From Octopus vulgaris (taxonomy: Eukaryota), in contig OX597818.1 of the NCBI GenBank assembly GCA_951406725.2, positions 28,768,001-28,832,000 on the forward strand: 64,000 bases of DNA. The letters run 5' to 3'. Below the pieces are notes generated by a model that ran no database searches, was not told the origin of the DNA, and worked only from the letters and a program-made list of their open reading frames with translations. Shown piece after piece: positions 13,398 through 26,183 of the stretch. The first letter of the stretch is position 1. Each line of letters begins with the position of its first letter. The position numbers were made by a program, and so were the translations under genes.

Positions 13398-13855
13398 CTT
13401 TAAAAGAGAAAATGAAAAATTATTTATTGTTTGTATGTGTGAGTGTGGTGCATGATATTTGAAATGAACTACTTCTAAGATGCATTGAAAAATATCAATA
13501 ATATAATATTATAATAAAATATATGGATATAGATGATACAGAAAAGTCAAATAAAAATAATTGACATATATAGGAGTGCATAATAAATTTAACTATCATT
13601 GCAAGTGTGATAAATCAAGAAAAAGAGCATTTTCTCTTCCACTTTTTCATACTCAGCATTAAAAGTGGATAGATGATCAAGTCCTTTTGTTGTTGTTTAC
13701 ACCCAAGTCAGACATATGATCAAATGCATTTCCTTCATTGCATCAAAACACTGAAGTAAGATCTGGACCTCCAATCCATTGAATCCTGTCAATCCATCCA
13801 ATTCATATCACCATAGAAAGTAGAAACAGCATGATGTTATATTATATGTGTAGAG

Positions 13856-13935
13856 GAGTAGACATGGCTGTGCGGTTAAGAAGCTTGCTTTGCAACCATG
13901 TGGTTTGAGGTTCAGTCCCACTGAGTGGCACCATC
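13856..13935 (+). repeat. tRNA-derived SINE head
   Basis: A-box-like tggctgtgcgg and B-box-like ggttcagtccc; related heads at 41322-41405 (+) and 21340-21390 (-). Confidence 0.7.
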
Positions 13936-14152
13936 TTTCTTTGTTTTCACATTTTGACTTCTTTTCAGATGGCAAGTTACCAATAACCTTTGTTACAACA
14001 TTTTTTGAAATAGTTTGTGTAAATAATCAATATGTTTACTTAACTGAGAAATGTGTGGAAAAATAAAATCAACTGATTCACTATTAATTCAATTCTGAAT
14101 TTGATCTGCAAGAATTTCAAGAACTTTTACCTATATACATATATACATGCAC

Positions 14153-17100
14153 CAGGGGCGTGCACTCTCAGCAATGCAAGGTATGTGCTGCATGCCTTCC
14201 TTGTTTCAAAGAAAATACGTCCAGTTGTTTTAGAAATATTGTCTCCACTTCGTACATCTGCTTTGATAAATGCTTTTAGAAGATCGCATGATACACACTC
14301 CCTCTCTGTCTGTATTAGTTTGTCCTTCCTTCTCTCTCTCTCTCTCTCTCTCTATCTTAGTGACTCGATAAATTTATCGCTTGTCATGCGTTGGGAAGAC
14401 AGCATGAGTCCCTTCTCTCTGTCTTTGATAGTTTGTCCCTTCTCCCTCTTTCTTTGTTTAAAAGATATACTACGAGGAATGGTCACCCCCTTCTCTCTCA
14501 GCGATTCGACAAATTCAGTTTGGCGTGTCATGCTGTGCTTAGATCGCATAACACGAGCCGTCCCATAATTCTTGTTTTAGCCAGCTGAAATGTTGGAATA
14601 GCCTTCGCATGTAAGTTTGAAATTTTTTATCCAAAACATCCGTTTGCACTATCATATTTTTAGAAAGTTTTGAAAGCAAAAATATCTACATTATATTTCT
14701 TATTTCAGAAATAGCTAATTAATCTTAAATTAATTTAACAAAGGGTATTTTTCCGTTTTGTTGAAATTGACTTAAAATTTACGCCGGCGCTTCCACGTGG
14801 GTCCTTAAATAAGAGCAGCCTTTTTAAAAATGAGTGAAATGTGTGCTATAAACGATATTTTGAGAACTAGTTTTTCTAAAAGGGACTTCGATGGGAAAAA
14901 ATTAATTATAAATCGCGGGAGACCAACACCGAATTTACCTAATTTGCGAAGCTACAACAAGAAATTCACGAGACAATTTCAGGTTAATTCGTATGAAAAG
15001 AAGAAATGGTTAACTGGAAGTGTTGCTCTTAATAAATTATTCTGTTGGCCGTGTTTACTTTTTGGCTTAGAAAAAAATGTTTGGAATGATAAAGGCTATG
15101 ATGATTTAAATAATTTACATATGGCTATGCTAAAGCACGAGCGTTCTCAAAGGCATATAAAATGTTTGATAGACCTTAAAATATTCGGGAATGTTCGCAT
15201 AGACTTACAATTAGATGCACGTAAAAATCAAAGCATACAACAGCATAATGAGAAAGTTCGACGAAACAGATCCATTCTGCAACGATTGATCGATGTTGTT
15301 ATTTTTTTAGGCCTCCAGGAATTATCGTTTCGGGGTCATTTTGAATCTGAAGGCTCTAATAATCGGGGAAATTATAAAGAACTCGTTTATTTGATCAGTA
15401 AGTATGACAAACAAATGGAAAGTCATTTAGATACAGCTTCTATCTTCACTGGTCTGTCGAACAGAATTCAAAATGACTTGATCGAAGCAATTCATAAAGT
15501 TATGTTGAATGAGATGCAGAAGGAAATTGACCAAGCTAAGTTTGTTTCTATTCTTGTTGATGAGACATCTGATGTCTCAGCATCTTCACAACTATCAACA
15601 GTTTTACGTTATGTTACAGAAGACTGTGTGACGAAAGAACGATTTATAGGTTTTAGTGATGTTAGTGCAGATCGATCTGCAAATGCTTTATCTGAACATG
15701 TTTTTAAATGCATTGAGACGTGGGAATGTGGAAACAAATTGATTGCGCAGACATATGATGGTGCCGCTACAATGGCAGGACAACTAAATGGGTTACAGGC
15801 AAAAGTAAGAAAGAAATATGAATGTGCGATCTTTATTCATTGTTATGCCCATATCCTAAATTTAGTTCTTTCACAATCATGCTCTGCTATGAAAGAATGC
15901 AAGATATTTTTTTCTACAATAAATGGACTCGGTACATTTTTTACGAAATCACCGAAAAGGACTAATGCATTAGATAATATTGTTAAAAAAAGATTTCCGA
16001 AAGCAACAGCAACTAGATGGAATTACTCCTCACGTCTTATTATTACCACAAAGGAAAATTATAATTTCATCATCAGCCTTTTTGAACACATCATTGAAAA
16101 TCCTGAAGCATGGGATGAGACCACCATAAATTCAGCAATTGGATTCTTACACATTTTAAAAGCTCCTGATTTCTTATTTTTGTTAGAGGTATTCAGTGAC
16201 ATTTTTTCTTTTACTGACGTCTTATTTAACATACTCCAGAGTAAAAGTCATGACATAGTGTATTGTAAACAGCAAATAGATAAAACTAGAACTGTACTCG
16301 AAAACAAACTTGATAATTTTTCAGTCTTTTATGATAGGTTAGGGGAAAAATATGGAGTCGATGCAGGAATCGGAATTCAGAGATCCAAGAATATATCTAT
16401 TGATCCCCAACGACATTATAGAACGCTTTATAACAAAATTATAAGTACAATAGTTGACCAAATAAAAGCACGATATTCATCCTTAGAAGAGTTTAAATTC
16501 ATGGAACTTTTGAATTTCAACAAAGTTGATGAGTATTGCAAACAATTTCCTGTGGACTCTTTAGATTCTTTAAGAACAACTTATGGCAGATTTTTTGATG
16601 TAATACGATTACAAAGTGAGCTCAATGTGATGTATTCAATGAAAGATTTTAAAAAACCAAGTGTAAGTCATTTAATGAGTTACATTAACAGCACTGATCT
16701 TGTTGAAGCTATGCCAGAACTCTTCAATCTGTGCAAGTTGATTTTGACAATTCCGTCTACCACTGCTTCTGTAGAGCGATCCTTTTCTGCATTAAGTAGA
16801 ATTAAAACATACCAAAGAAATGCGACAGGAGAAAGAAGACTGTCTGGGTTAGCACTAATGTCAATTGAAAAAGATTTATTACAAGAATTGATGAAAAGAG
16901 AAGATTTCTATGAAAATGTGATAGATATATTTGCCCAGAAAGATCGAAGAATTGAATTAATTTATAAATGAGCTAAGTAACATTTTAAAACATTAAAAAA
17001 TATATATATTAAAGAGCATATATTACAGGTTTTGCTTAGTGTTTGTTATAACGTAAGGTTCGACCTTCTTACATCAGTATTGTTTCGCAGGAGAAATGTT

Positions 17101-17928
17101 TTGATTTCTTCGTGAAACCTACCTACATAGATTTCCCTTTCTGTGCTGCTGGGTGTAGTCTATTTACGGCCGTAAATAAGTGTTTTGTTTCACTTTCAAT
17201 AAGTGTCTTGTTTCAATCTCAGAGATGTTGACTTCTGCCACAACAGTTTTGGGAGGCTTTTTACAATGTTGAATTTTCGCTGTCTTTCATTGTGTGCGTA
17301 TTCATGTATATGCGTATATTTTCAATGTTTGTGCGTGAGACGTAGTCCTTTAATGTACGGAGTTCAGTAAGTCTCAGAACAGTCAATAATTTTCCCGGAA
17401 TTGACAAGTAGCATGATAAAGAACCTGACTTGTCTTCGAGAGCGTAACGATCTAAAACCATGGCCATATAATGTAACTAAATGTGTTCTTTTAATTAAAT
17501 CATTTCATTCAGCTCAACCGATAGGTATAGGGGCTAATGCAGAATCGCACCCCTTTGAAAAACGAATTTATGTGAAAATTTTTTTTCGGATTCCTACCTT
17601 TAACAGAGATTCTGAATATGGAAAAATATTGACAGAATCCAATTTCATCTTTATTACATTTCACTTATGATTTTTAGACTTTTCTAAGGGAGAATGAGGA
17701 TGGGAAAGTACTGACGTTTCGAAGAGCAAAGAATAATACAAACAATACACTTATTTCAGGATCATCTCTGTACAGCCATTTTTTATTCCCTGTTTATTCT
17801 GCATATTCAGAATCTCTTATATGTAAATCGTAGGAATACGAAAATGTTTTACTGAAAAATTGCCGGTGGGAGGGGGGGGCAATGAAATTAATTGCATGCC
17901 CAACGCCGGAAGTCACCGCACGCCACTG
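14153..17928 (+). mobile_element. hAT DNA transposon, apparently intact
   Basis: TIRs CAGGGGCGTGC / GCACGCCACTG (11 bp, 1 mismatch); perfect 8-bp TSD ACATGCAC at 14145-14152 and 17929-17936. Confidence 0.96.
14830..16971 (+). CDS. hAT transposase (ZMYM1/THAP12-like; TTF-type Zn finger, DUF4371-like region, hAT dimerisation domain)
   Basis: Uninterrupted 713-aa ORF with FCWPC..H..S..H, FRGHFES, SILVDETSD, QTYDGAATM, HCYAH, TRW and SVERSFS motifs. Confidence 0.95.
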   Translation: MSEMCAINDILRTSFSKRDFDGKKLIINRGRPTPNLPNLRSYNKKFTRQFQVNSYEKKKWLTGSVALNKLFCWPCLLFGLEKNVWNDKGYDDLNNLHMAMLKHERSQRHIKCLIDLKIFGNVRIDLQLDARKNQSIQQHNEKVRRNRSILQRLIDVVIFLGLQELSFRGHFESEGSNNRGNYKELVYLISKYDKQMESHLDTASIFTGLSNRIQNDLIEAIHKVMLNEMQKEIDQAKFVSILVDETSDVSASSQLSTVLRYVTEDCVTKERFIGFSDVSADRSANALSEHVFKCIETWECGNKLIAQTYDGAATMAGQLNGLQAKVRKKYECAIFIHCYAHILNLVLSQSCSAMKECKIFFSTINGLGTFFTKSPKRTNALDNIVKKRFPKATATRWNYSSRLIITTKENYNFIISLFEHIIENPEAWDETTINSAIGFLHILKAPDFLFLLEVFSDIFSFTDVLFNILQSKSHDIVYCKQQIDKTRTVLENKLDNFSVFYDRLGEKYGVDAGIGIQRSKNISIDPQRHYRTLYNKIISTIVDQIKARYSSLEEFKFMELLNFNKVDEYCKQFPVDSLDSLRTTYGRFFDVIRLQSELNVMYSMKDFKKPSVSHLMSYINSTDLVEAMPELFNLCKLILTIPSTTASVERSFSALSRIKTYQRNATGERRLSGLALMSIEKDLLQELMKREDFYENVIDIFAQKDRRIELIYK

Positions 17929-17944
17929 ACATGCACACACATAC

Positions 17945-18290
17945 ACACACATACATTCATGTATTACTACTGGCACTTAGTCAGTTACAATGACAAGGGT
18001 TCCTGTTGATCCTATAAATTGAACAGCCTGCTTGTGAAATTAACATGGAATCAGCTGAGCATTCCGCAAACACACCCACCCTCAATGTAGTTCTCAGGAA
18101 GATTCAGTGCAACACAATCTGACACGTCCAGTCTGTTGAAATATAAGTACTAATCATTTTTGTCAGCTGAGTGAACTGAAGCAATGTGAAATAAAGTGTC
18201 TTGTTCAAAAACACAACAAGCCACCAGGAATCAAACACACGACCTTACAATCAGTAGCCAGATACCCTAACCACTAAGCAACATGCCTTT
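17945..18290 (-). repeat. tRNA-derived SINE
   Basis: Head at right end (ccctaaccactaagc..catgcct); body shared with copies at 28478-28628 and 30335-30680. Confidence 0.7.
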
Positions 18291-18869
18291 GTAGTGAGTC
18301 AAGGAGGTGCTATATACAGTCGTGCTTTGGCAATTACAGCCAATCACAGCTGGTTGCATAGTTATAAATACAGCATCATCCATCCAGAAATGAATTCTGT
18401 TCCAGTCAATCAGACAGCAGTTAGCAGAAGACTTTGACGAGAAAACAGCTATTTTCAGTGGGACTTCGGAAGGACACTACCCCTGATGGCATTACATCAA
18501 CATAAACATCATCATCACCATCATTGTTTAATGTCCGCCTTCCATGCTAGTATAGGTGGGACTCATTATAACACTGTAATCTTAGGGATATACATTAAGT
18601 TCACACAGCGAATCCCATTATTCTCTATGGATGGAACCTGCCTGTTTAAACTTCTTCCTACCTTTATTGTGGTATGCTTCTACTCATTTCTGTAATAGTA
18701 AGTTCAATGGCCTTCCTTGATTCCTACATACAACAATTGCCTACTCTCATTGCCATCCTAATAAATTACGATGTTTGTTCTAATATAGCCTTCTGATGTA
18801 TTTTCTCAATGCCTCACAGCTGCAGCTATTTCATTGACTTTCCACATTGTGTATTTATTTGGCAACATG

Positions 18870-19380
18870 CTATTCTGAGACCTTTGGAGATATGCTGTGA
18901 TTGAGAAGACCCGGCAACTAAAGTCAGATTGCAGCCACACATGTCCAGCCCAGTTAAGAGTACCCCTGATGTATCGTGTGATATGATATGTTTGAAAAGA
19001 CCTGTTGAGTCAAGTAAAACCAATATTGTAGCTGTGGCTAGTGCCCCCTGACTGGCTCCTGTGCCAGTGGCACATAAAAAGCACCATCTCAATGCAGTTG
19101 AAGCCAGATCTGCCTGACTGGCTCCCATGCTGGTGGCATGTAAAAGGCACCAACTAAACATGGCTAATGCCAATACCCGCTGACTGGCCCCCCTGCCGGT
19201 GGCATGTAAAAAGCACCCACTGCACTCTCGGAGTTGTTGGCTTTAGAAAGGGCTTCCAGTTGCAGAAACATTGCCAGATCAGATTGGAGCCTGGTGCAGC
19301 TGCTGGCTCTCCAGACCTCAGTCAAACAGTCGAACCTGTGCATGCATGGAAAATGCACGTTAAATGATGATGATGATGAT
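18870..19380 (+). mobile_element. RTE LINE 3' end / tail repeat ending in (GAT)n
   Basis: Shares gacctttggagatatgctgtg, gtggcacataaaaagcacc units and aaatgatgatgat with the tails at 32140-32660, 54965-55343 and 58015-58645. Confidence 0.85.
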
Positions 19381-19630
19381 ATATATATTGAATGGAGGAA
19401 TAATTCACGAGAATTTTTCCCAAACTTAAAATACAAGCAGAAATAAAACACATAGGCAAAATGTTTTATGTTATTTGAAAGAGAACTTTTTGCTCTACAA
19501 CCTTGGTTCCCAAACTTTTTCAAAATTTTCGTCCTATGGACCACCCTGCATTTTTTCAAGGCTTTGCAGAGCCACACCTCTGCTACAAAATGAGAAAACT
19601 AGGGTAGATGAACAAAGAAAAAAGACCTTG

Positions 19631-19930
19631 TCTATATATATAAAACGGAGAATGCGTGTCTGTCTGTCTGTCTGTCTGTCTACGTGTCTGTAGGTGTGGA
19701 TCACTAAAATTTGAGAAGCACCCAACTGATTTCATTCAAATTTTACACATGCATTACTTTGGGTCCATGCTGTGTCATAGGCCCAAAAGTTTTCAACTTC
19801 TTGCCTAACGCAAGCCTGGAGCAATCTCTTATCTTGTACGCTATTTCAGTATCATGTGTCAAAAGTGAAACAATAACATCTCCATTATTGTAATGTGAGA
19901 TAATACTTTCAGGTTTATTAGTTTCATTAT
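19631..19930 (+). mobile_element. Helitron-like 5' end
   Basis: Starts TCtatatatataaaac followed by a (TCTG)n tract; second copy at 35267-35600. Confidence 0.6.
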
Positions 19931-19973
19931 TAATACTGAAACTATTATCTCACTTACATACATGCATATATAC

Positions 19974-20014
<41 letters not shown>

Positions 20015-20047
20015 TGTATATATACATTTGTACATTCATATGTATGC

Positions 20048-20078
<31 letters not shown>

Positions 20079-21336
20079 CTAGCAGAATTGCTTGAAAGTA
20101 CTGTTAATGATTGCACTGAATTATGATGATTATTCAGGCAAATATTGATATAAGTTTACGGTGGGAGATAAGGACTTAACGATCGAACGTGTGCCATTGC
20201 ATTGTTTTGGGGAACCAAATTTCTAATGAGCATTATAGGGGCACCAACTTTAAGTTTGAGAATGTGTGGTGTTAGTCCGGGGGGCTCAAAGGAATTGAGT
20301 ACCTCTGTTGGATAGTTGATGACGTCCTCTTGGTCAGGAGTTGTATCGATAGACTTATATACATAGACATCCCCAGGAATGAGTTTTAGCATTTCATCAT
20401 TAATATGGTGAACAGTTTTATTCCTCGGGGCCAGAATAGCCCTTTGGCCAATCCAATCCATATTCTGATAATTAGCTTGTAGATCTGGGAACACTGCATC
20501 TCTGAGATCAGAAGGCGTTTTAACAATGGTACAAATGGAATCGATGGCAATATTACCATTTTCATCCCCTGGTATTTTGCCTTCGCCAAGTGCAAGGAGG
20601 GTGTGAGAAAATGCTGCTGATGTGATATTACGTCGCATATGAGCACGCATATTGGTGTGAAGTTTGAGAGTCTTCACCAGTGGCCACAATGTGGATGACT
20701 TAAGACACGCACATACTGCATCAGTTGTAGTCCCTTTGGGAATAACGGGAAGTGTTTGTCGAAAGTCCCCTGAAAGAAGAAGTGTTATGCCTCCCATGGG
20801 AGCTGAAGAATGTTTGATGTCTCTGAGAGATCTATCTAGTGCCTCAAGAGCACCTCTGTGGGCCATCGTGCATTCATCCCAAACGATAAGCTTGCATCGT
20901 CTGAAGACTTCTGCCTGATCGGAGCTGTTACTGATGTTGCAAGTTGGTGTCTCAGTCTTCGTTAAGTCAAGCGGAAGCTTGAAAGTGGAGTGAGCTGTCT
21001 TGCCGCCTGGCAACAAAGTAGCCGCAATTCCAGGTGATGCCACAGCTAGGGCAATGCCTTGTGTTCGCCTAATCTCAGCCAATATTAATTTGTTGAGAAA
21101 AGTTTTCCCAGTGCCCCCAGGAAAAATATCCCCACAGCTTTAGCCCGGACTGAATTAACAACGGAGTTGTAAGCGAACTTCTGTTCTGGAAGGAGCTTTG
21201 GCTCATTGTCGGCTATGTACTCGGCAAGCTCGTCAACATTAAAACATGTCTCACGCAGCAAATGGGAAGACAGAGTGTTTGTGCCTTCCCGGTTTGTTGA
21301 AGGTAGGCCATAGACTGGCAAGGCACTACTGCCCAT
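20079..21336 (-). mobile_element. Helitron fragment: Pif1-family helicase and 3' CTAG end
   Basis: ALAVASPGIAATLLPGGKTAHSTFKLP, LIVWDECTM, LLSGDFRQTLPVIP, RAILAPRN, LKLKVGAPIMLIRNL; CTAG/T terminus at 20079. Confidence 0.93.
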
Positions 21337-21584
21337 ATCAAGTACAGTATCTTCGAACGTAGTTTGTTACCACACAGCCACATCTGCCCCTATGTATGTG
21401 TGTGTGTGTGTGTACGTGTGTGCGTATGGGTAGATATATTATGCATGTATATATGTGTATATATATATGTGTACATATTACATGTACATCTATATATATA
21501 TATACATCTACACATAAAATACAAAATAGAAAGTTATATCTTGATATCGCTAGTGATAACAATACTCAAAATATATAACAGACT

Positions 21585-21900
21585 GGAATTGTAGGCCCGT
21601 CTCTTGCAATTTCGATCAATTGGATCTTGTCCTCCCTCTTGTATAGAAGTGTATGGCTGCAGCGAAATTCATTTTTGGACTTTCTTCTATCGAAGGCATT
21701 TTAACAAAAATGCTTCCGTAAAGACAGTGAAAATATTGTCAATTTCCCCAAACAGGGACGCAATTCAATTTTAAAACAATAACCAAAGCCCCTTCTCCGA
21801 AAGGGGGGGGTTACGATTTACAATTATTTAACAAATGCAACACAACAACGTTTCCCTGACGAGGAACCAACAAACATGATTACAATAGTCAAACAGTAAT
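21585..21900 (-). mobile_element. Helitron-associated non-coding segment
   Basis: 21655-21741 is the reverse complement of about 35493-35580, which follows a Helitron-like 5' end. Confidence 0.5.
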
Positions 21901-22563
21901 AATAATAACAACAAACCTTTTTAATGTATCCCCATTTATGTGAAACCACTTATTCAAGTTCAAGTCATTGATGCAATTTTATACGAATTGCTAATACACA
22001 CACACATAATAAGGGTGAAAAATTGAATATTAATTTGATTAATATGAATTGAAAACCAGTGGTGTAGCATATAAGACCACAGCGGATCTTCTTCTAGCAA
22101 AAAGGATGACCAGTATTAATTGCTCATCCCTTTTATATAAATACTTTCACTTTAATTGTTGCACACTTGCAAAGAGAAAGGAGGAGAAAGTGTAGTGGTA
22201 ATGGTAGGAGTGAAGCACTTGAAATGAAAGAGGGAAATCGTAAAATATTTACATTTCTCGAATTTTTGTTTAATTGGGGGTGAAATTGAAAAAACCTTAC
22301 ATGCCACAACCCGATGGAATCTACTTGTAAAAATGATAGGTAAATTCCAATTGAAGAAATTCTATATTGTAGAATTGTAAAAAAACCAACTGTTTGGGAG
22401 GCAGAGAAAATCTGCCTTTTATCATAAGAGATGTATACATGCATATGTGTAGATGCATAGGTATATACGTACATATACACATTTATAGGTATATATGTAT
22501 GTATATATACATGCATATATATATGCATGTATATATATGTATATTTATATATACATATATATA

Positions 22564-22594
<31 letters not shown>

Positions 22595-22950
22595 ACATAC
22601 ATATATATATCTATAGATATATCTATCTATATATATATATATATATGTATGCATGTATGTATATAAAGTATCAAACCGAGGAAAAGAAATCCTTCAAAGG
22701 ATTGTGTTAAACATCAAATTCACTCGTACATCAGTAGGATACTATATAAATATTGGTATAATTCAATTATAAAGATAAATTAAATACAGAGATATGCTCT
22801 TGACAATCCTATAATTTATTTATATAACAACATTACATTAAACATTATGAATATAATATATAACGTAACATAATATTATATAACATAAACAATTACTAAA
22901 ACCATAAAAGGCCAACAAATTGTTTCGACTTGTATATAATTTTTCTTATA

Positions 22951-23170
22951 TACATAATAACAGTTCCCTTATATATAAAGTCATTTCAGGGTCATGATTT
23001 AGAAATAGACGAAATTCTGTGTGAAAAGATGGCTGGATTGTAAAAATTAATTCCAATGTCCATTAATTCAAATTTTTACAATCCAACTATCCTTTCACAC
23101 AGAATTTCGTCTATTTCTAAACCATGACCCTGAAGTGACTTTATATATAAGGGAATTGTTATTATGTGTA
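22951..23170. repeat. inverted repeat, about 98-bp arms, about 22-bp spacer
   Basis: tttagaaatagacgaaattctgtgtgaaa versus tttcacacagaatttcgtctatttctaaa and flanking matches. Confidence 0.9.
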
Positions 23171-23189
23171 TCAGAAAAAATACATATAA

Positions 23190-24420
23190 GTTGAAACAAG
23201 CCTGGCAATATGTTTGATATACTATGTTATCAACCGTACGTAAGGCTGTATATGATGTGGGTCTCTTGACATGGTGTAATAGAAGCTTTAGATAGTAGCA
23301 CTCTAAGTAGTTGGGATGGACAACATAGACTCTGATTTCTTGATTCCTGGATGATGTGTGGGTACTCCAAGTGCATGTCTTTTCCATTTGTTTTGGTACC
23401 AGGTATAGAATTGTGGACTTCATTGTATAGCAGTCTTGTAGCAATTTCCTCCTCTTGACAGAGCTTGAAGACTGCTGTGAGTATGGTATTTTGGAGAGCT
23501 TCCATTTGTAGTTGGACTGTGTCTGTCTGTGTGCTGTCTCTGAGATGGAGAACAATGTCACGCTTGTCATATTCTTGCCCAACCAGAAGTACAGCTATTT
23601 CATTTGCTGTTGGCGCATTAAACCTCCCTACATGTTGACAAGATGGTTTCTTGTTTGATCTGATAACTATCTTGTAATTCATGGAGTCAAGTGGAATTGT
23701 TTCAAGTGCAGTCTTGAAGCTTTTGATCAGGTTGCTGTTGTTGTTATGCAGCATCTTTTGCAGAGATACTACAATGTTCATTGTGATGCTGGAAATGTTC
23801 TTGCACCTCTCTTGCCCTTCTTGTTGAGAATCATCCATTAAAAATATTTGAAGGAATTTTGGTGATTCATTTGATAGAGGTAGTTGAGAGCCAATCTGAT
23901 GATAAATCTGACATTGGATCTTGAAAGTTTGCATGAATCCTGGCTCAGTTATATCTCTAGTGGCTCCAAATGATGTCTTCGACTGCAGCATTGTATTGTC
24001 TAATTTTGATTTGGAAGTGCTTGGAATCTTAGTGAGTTGATGACAGCAGTTTCTTCAATGGCTCTGGAGGCAAGGGGATTGCAGGGAGTTTAACCTTTCC
24101 ACCACTGCAGCACAGTGCAGGCATATCTCCAGACTGCTTCTTTGCTTTACAACGTATGCACCCAGTTGTCATTGCATGAATGGAAACTCTAGTGTCATCT
24201 GCATAATGAACTGCTGGATCATAATTGAAAGCTACTTCATAGAAGTTGCTTCTCTGAGCTATTGCAACTACTCTTCGTTCTGCAGTGGAGATCCTATACC
24301 TTGTCAGTTGTGCATACCTCAGCTCATCATTTGAGATGCTCTGTATTTTGTAGTGCAGTCTGTTCATTTCTTGGCATGCTTCCATTTCTGCAGCTGTCTC
24401 ACCTTCCCTGGATAGAGACA
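23190..24420 (-). mobile_element. Helitron Rep-region remnant (internally deleted)
   Basis: CIRCKAKK..LCCSGGKVKLP, FKIQCQIYHQIGS, PKFLQIF, GRFNAPTANEIAVLLVG..KRDIVL, ECYYLKLLLHHVKRPTSY..LRTVD...TYCQAC. Confidence 0.88.
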
Positions 24421-24486
24421 TTATTTTGGCTGACCAAAATTGGCATAACTAGGGATTTCTGCACCCTGCCACCCATGACTTTGTAG

Positions 24487-25649
24487 ACAAATTGGCATAA
24501 CTACAGATTTCTGCACCCCAACCACACAACTTTCGATGATTGTAACTTTCTGAAAAATGGATATTTTTATTGAAATTTTCTACAAATATATGTTATATGA
24601 TATAGATTCTAAATACACAAAAACTTTGGGGGAAGTGTTTTAGGAGAATGTGGGGTGGGGAATTTCAGAAAATTCACCAGAGTCCACTTCAATTCATTTT
24701 AACTTTCAAGAAAATGAATATTTTTTAATGAAATTCTCTACAAATATACATCCTACTATGAAGATTCTGAGGACAAAGGAATTTGGGGGAAAAACAACTG
24801 GGGGTTACTTTTGAGAACTGCTCCTCACTCGGAGGTGTTTCGAAAAAATTCATCCATATTTGTTTCATTTTCTCCATTTTGTGCATTTGTGCATCCATAG
24901 ATATATACCACACACACACACATAATTAAAAAAGTTCAAATGGAAACTTATTCCATTCAATACCATGTTTATTATAGAGATTATGTAAAAATTATACTTT
25001 ACACTTCTATATTTAACTGCACATGTATATTCCTTATTTTTGCTTCTGGTGTCTTCCGCCTTTCAATTAGGAATGTTTACCTGGGAATTTACTTAAAATG
25101 AGAAAAAAATCGTATGCAACAGATAAGTCATTTTAGTAAACTGTTTCTGTGTACCAAACCTTCAGATGTTATTTTTAGCATAACGAGTTTTCTGATGAGA
25201 GCTTCATTTGTCTTAATTGCCTGTTTGGTGCTTCGGTAGAAATCTACGGATGCACAAACGGAGAAAGTGAAACAAATATGGATGACTTGCTCTGAAATAT
25301 CTCTGAGGGGAAAACAGTTCTCAAAAATAACCCCCAATTGTTTTCCTTGCCAAATTCCTATGTCCTCGGAATCTACATAGTCAAAGGTATATATGTAGAG
25401 AATTTCATTAAAAAATATCCATTTTCTTGAAAGTTAAGATGAACTGAAGTGGACACCAGTGAATTTTCCAAAATTCCCCACCCCACCCCTCCTAAAACAA
25501 TTACCCTACAAAATTTTGCATATTCGGAATCTACATGATATAACACATATTCATAGAAAAGTTTGATAAAATATATAGATTTTTCTGAATGTTATGATCA
25601 TCAAAATTGGTGGGTGGGGTGCAGAAATCTGTAGTTGTGCGACAAATTT
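24487..25649. mobile_element. large fold-back element, about 410-bp inverted arms
   Basis: 24487-24902 aligns in reverse complement with 25241-25649 (aactacagatttctgcacccc / ggggtgcagaaatctgtagtt; aactttcaagaaaatg / cattttcttgaaagtt). Confidence 0.85.
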
Positions 25650-26024
25650 GATACCTTCCTTCTAGGCATGGTTGTATATATATACAGAAATACTTAAGTG
25701 CAGAAGATAGTAAACAATGAAAATAACTTCGTAACGTTAATTATATTACTTAATAAGATGGGAAGAAAGTAAATAAAAAATTTTAATGGAAAATAAAGTA
25801 TTGTATGGGATGAAACTAGTCTATAGATGCCAGACCAGCAAGGGGAAGTGGCTGACCTTCCCTTTTCGAAGGTTATAATGGACACAGGTTCGTGTGTCAC
25901 ATAGCTTGCTAGAGGCGATGGCCTCTTGGAGCTAATCAACGGCAGCATTCATCCTATTTTTCTGGACTGCCATGTTAGCTTGGCGATAACTATTAATGTG
26001 TGTGTGTGTGTGTGTGTGCGCTTG

Positions 26025-26060
<36 letters not shown>

Positions 26061-26183
26061 AGATGTGTTTCAAAGCACAGTAAGTTCTTATTCATGCAGA
26101 AGTTACTTTGAAATTGGTTAATTTTGTTTTACTTCAATATCCTCATTTTAGTCATTCAGTTTGACTTAGGTCAAGTTTCTTAC

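Noticed and set aside
14101-14588. 155-aa ORF and overlapping ORFs in the hAT 5' region
   Set aside because: Crosses the element boundary, includes a (CT)n tract and has no recognisable motif.
21855-21885. CTGACGA motif; likewise CTGATGA at 46782
   Set aside because: No stem II plus GAAA downstream.
22301-22323. AG..GTAAG-bounded segment on the minus strand
   Set aside because: Lies in probable repeat-derived sequence next to a decayed hammerhead-like motif and breaks the frame.
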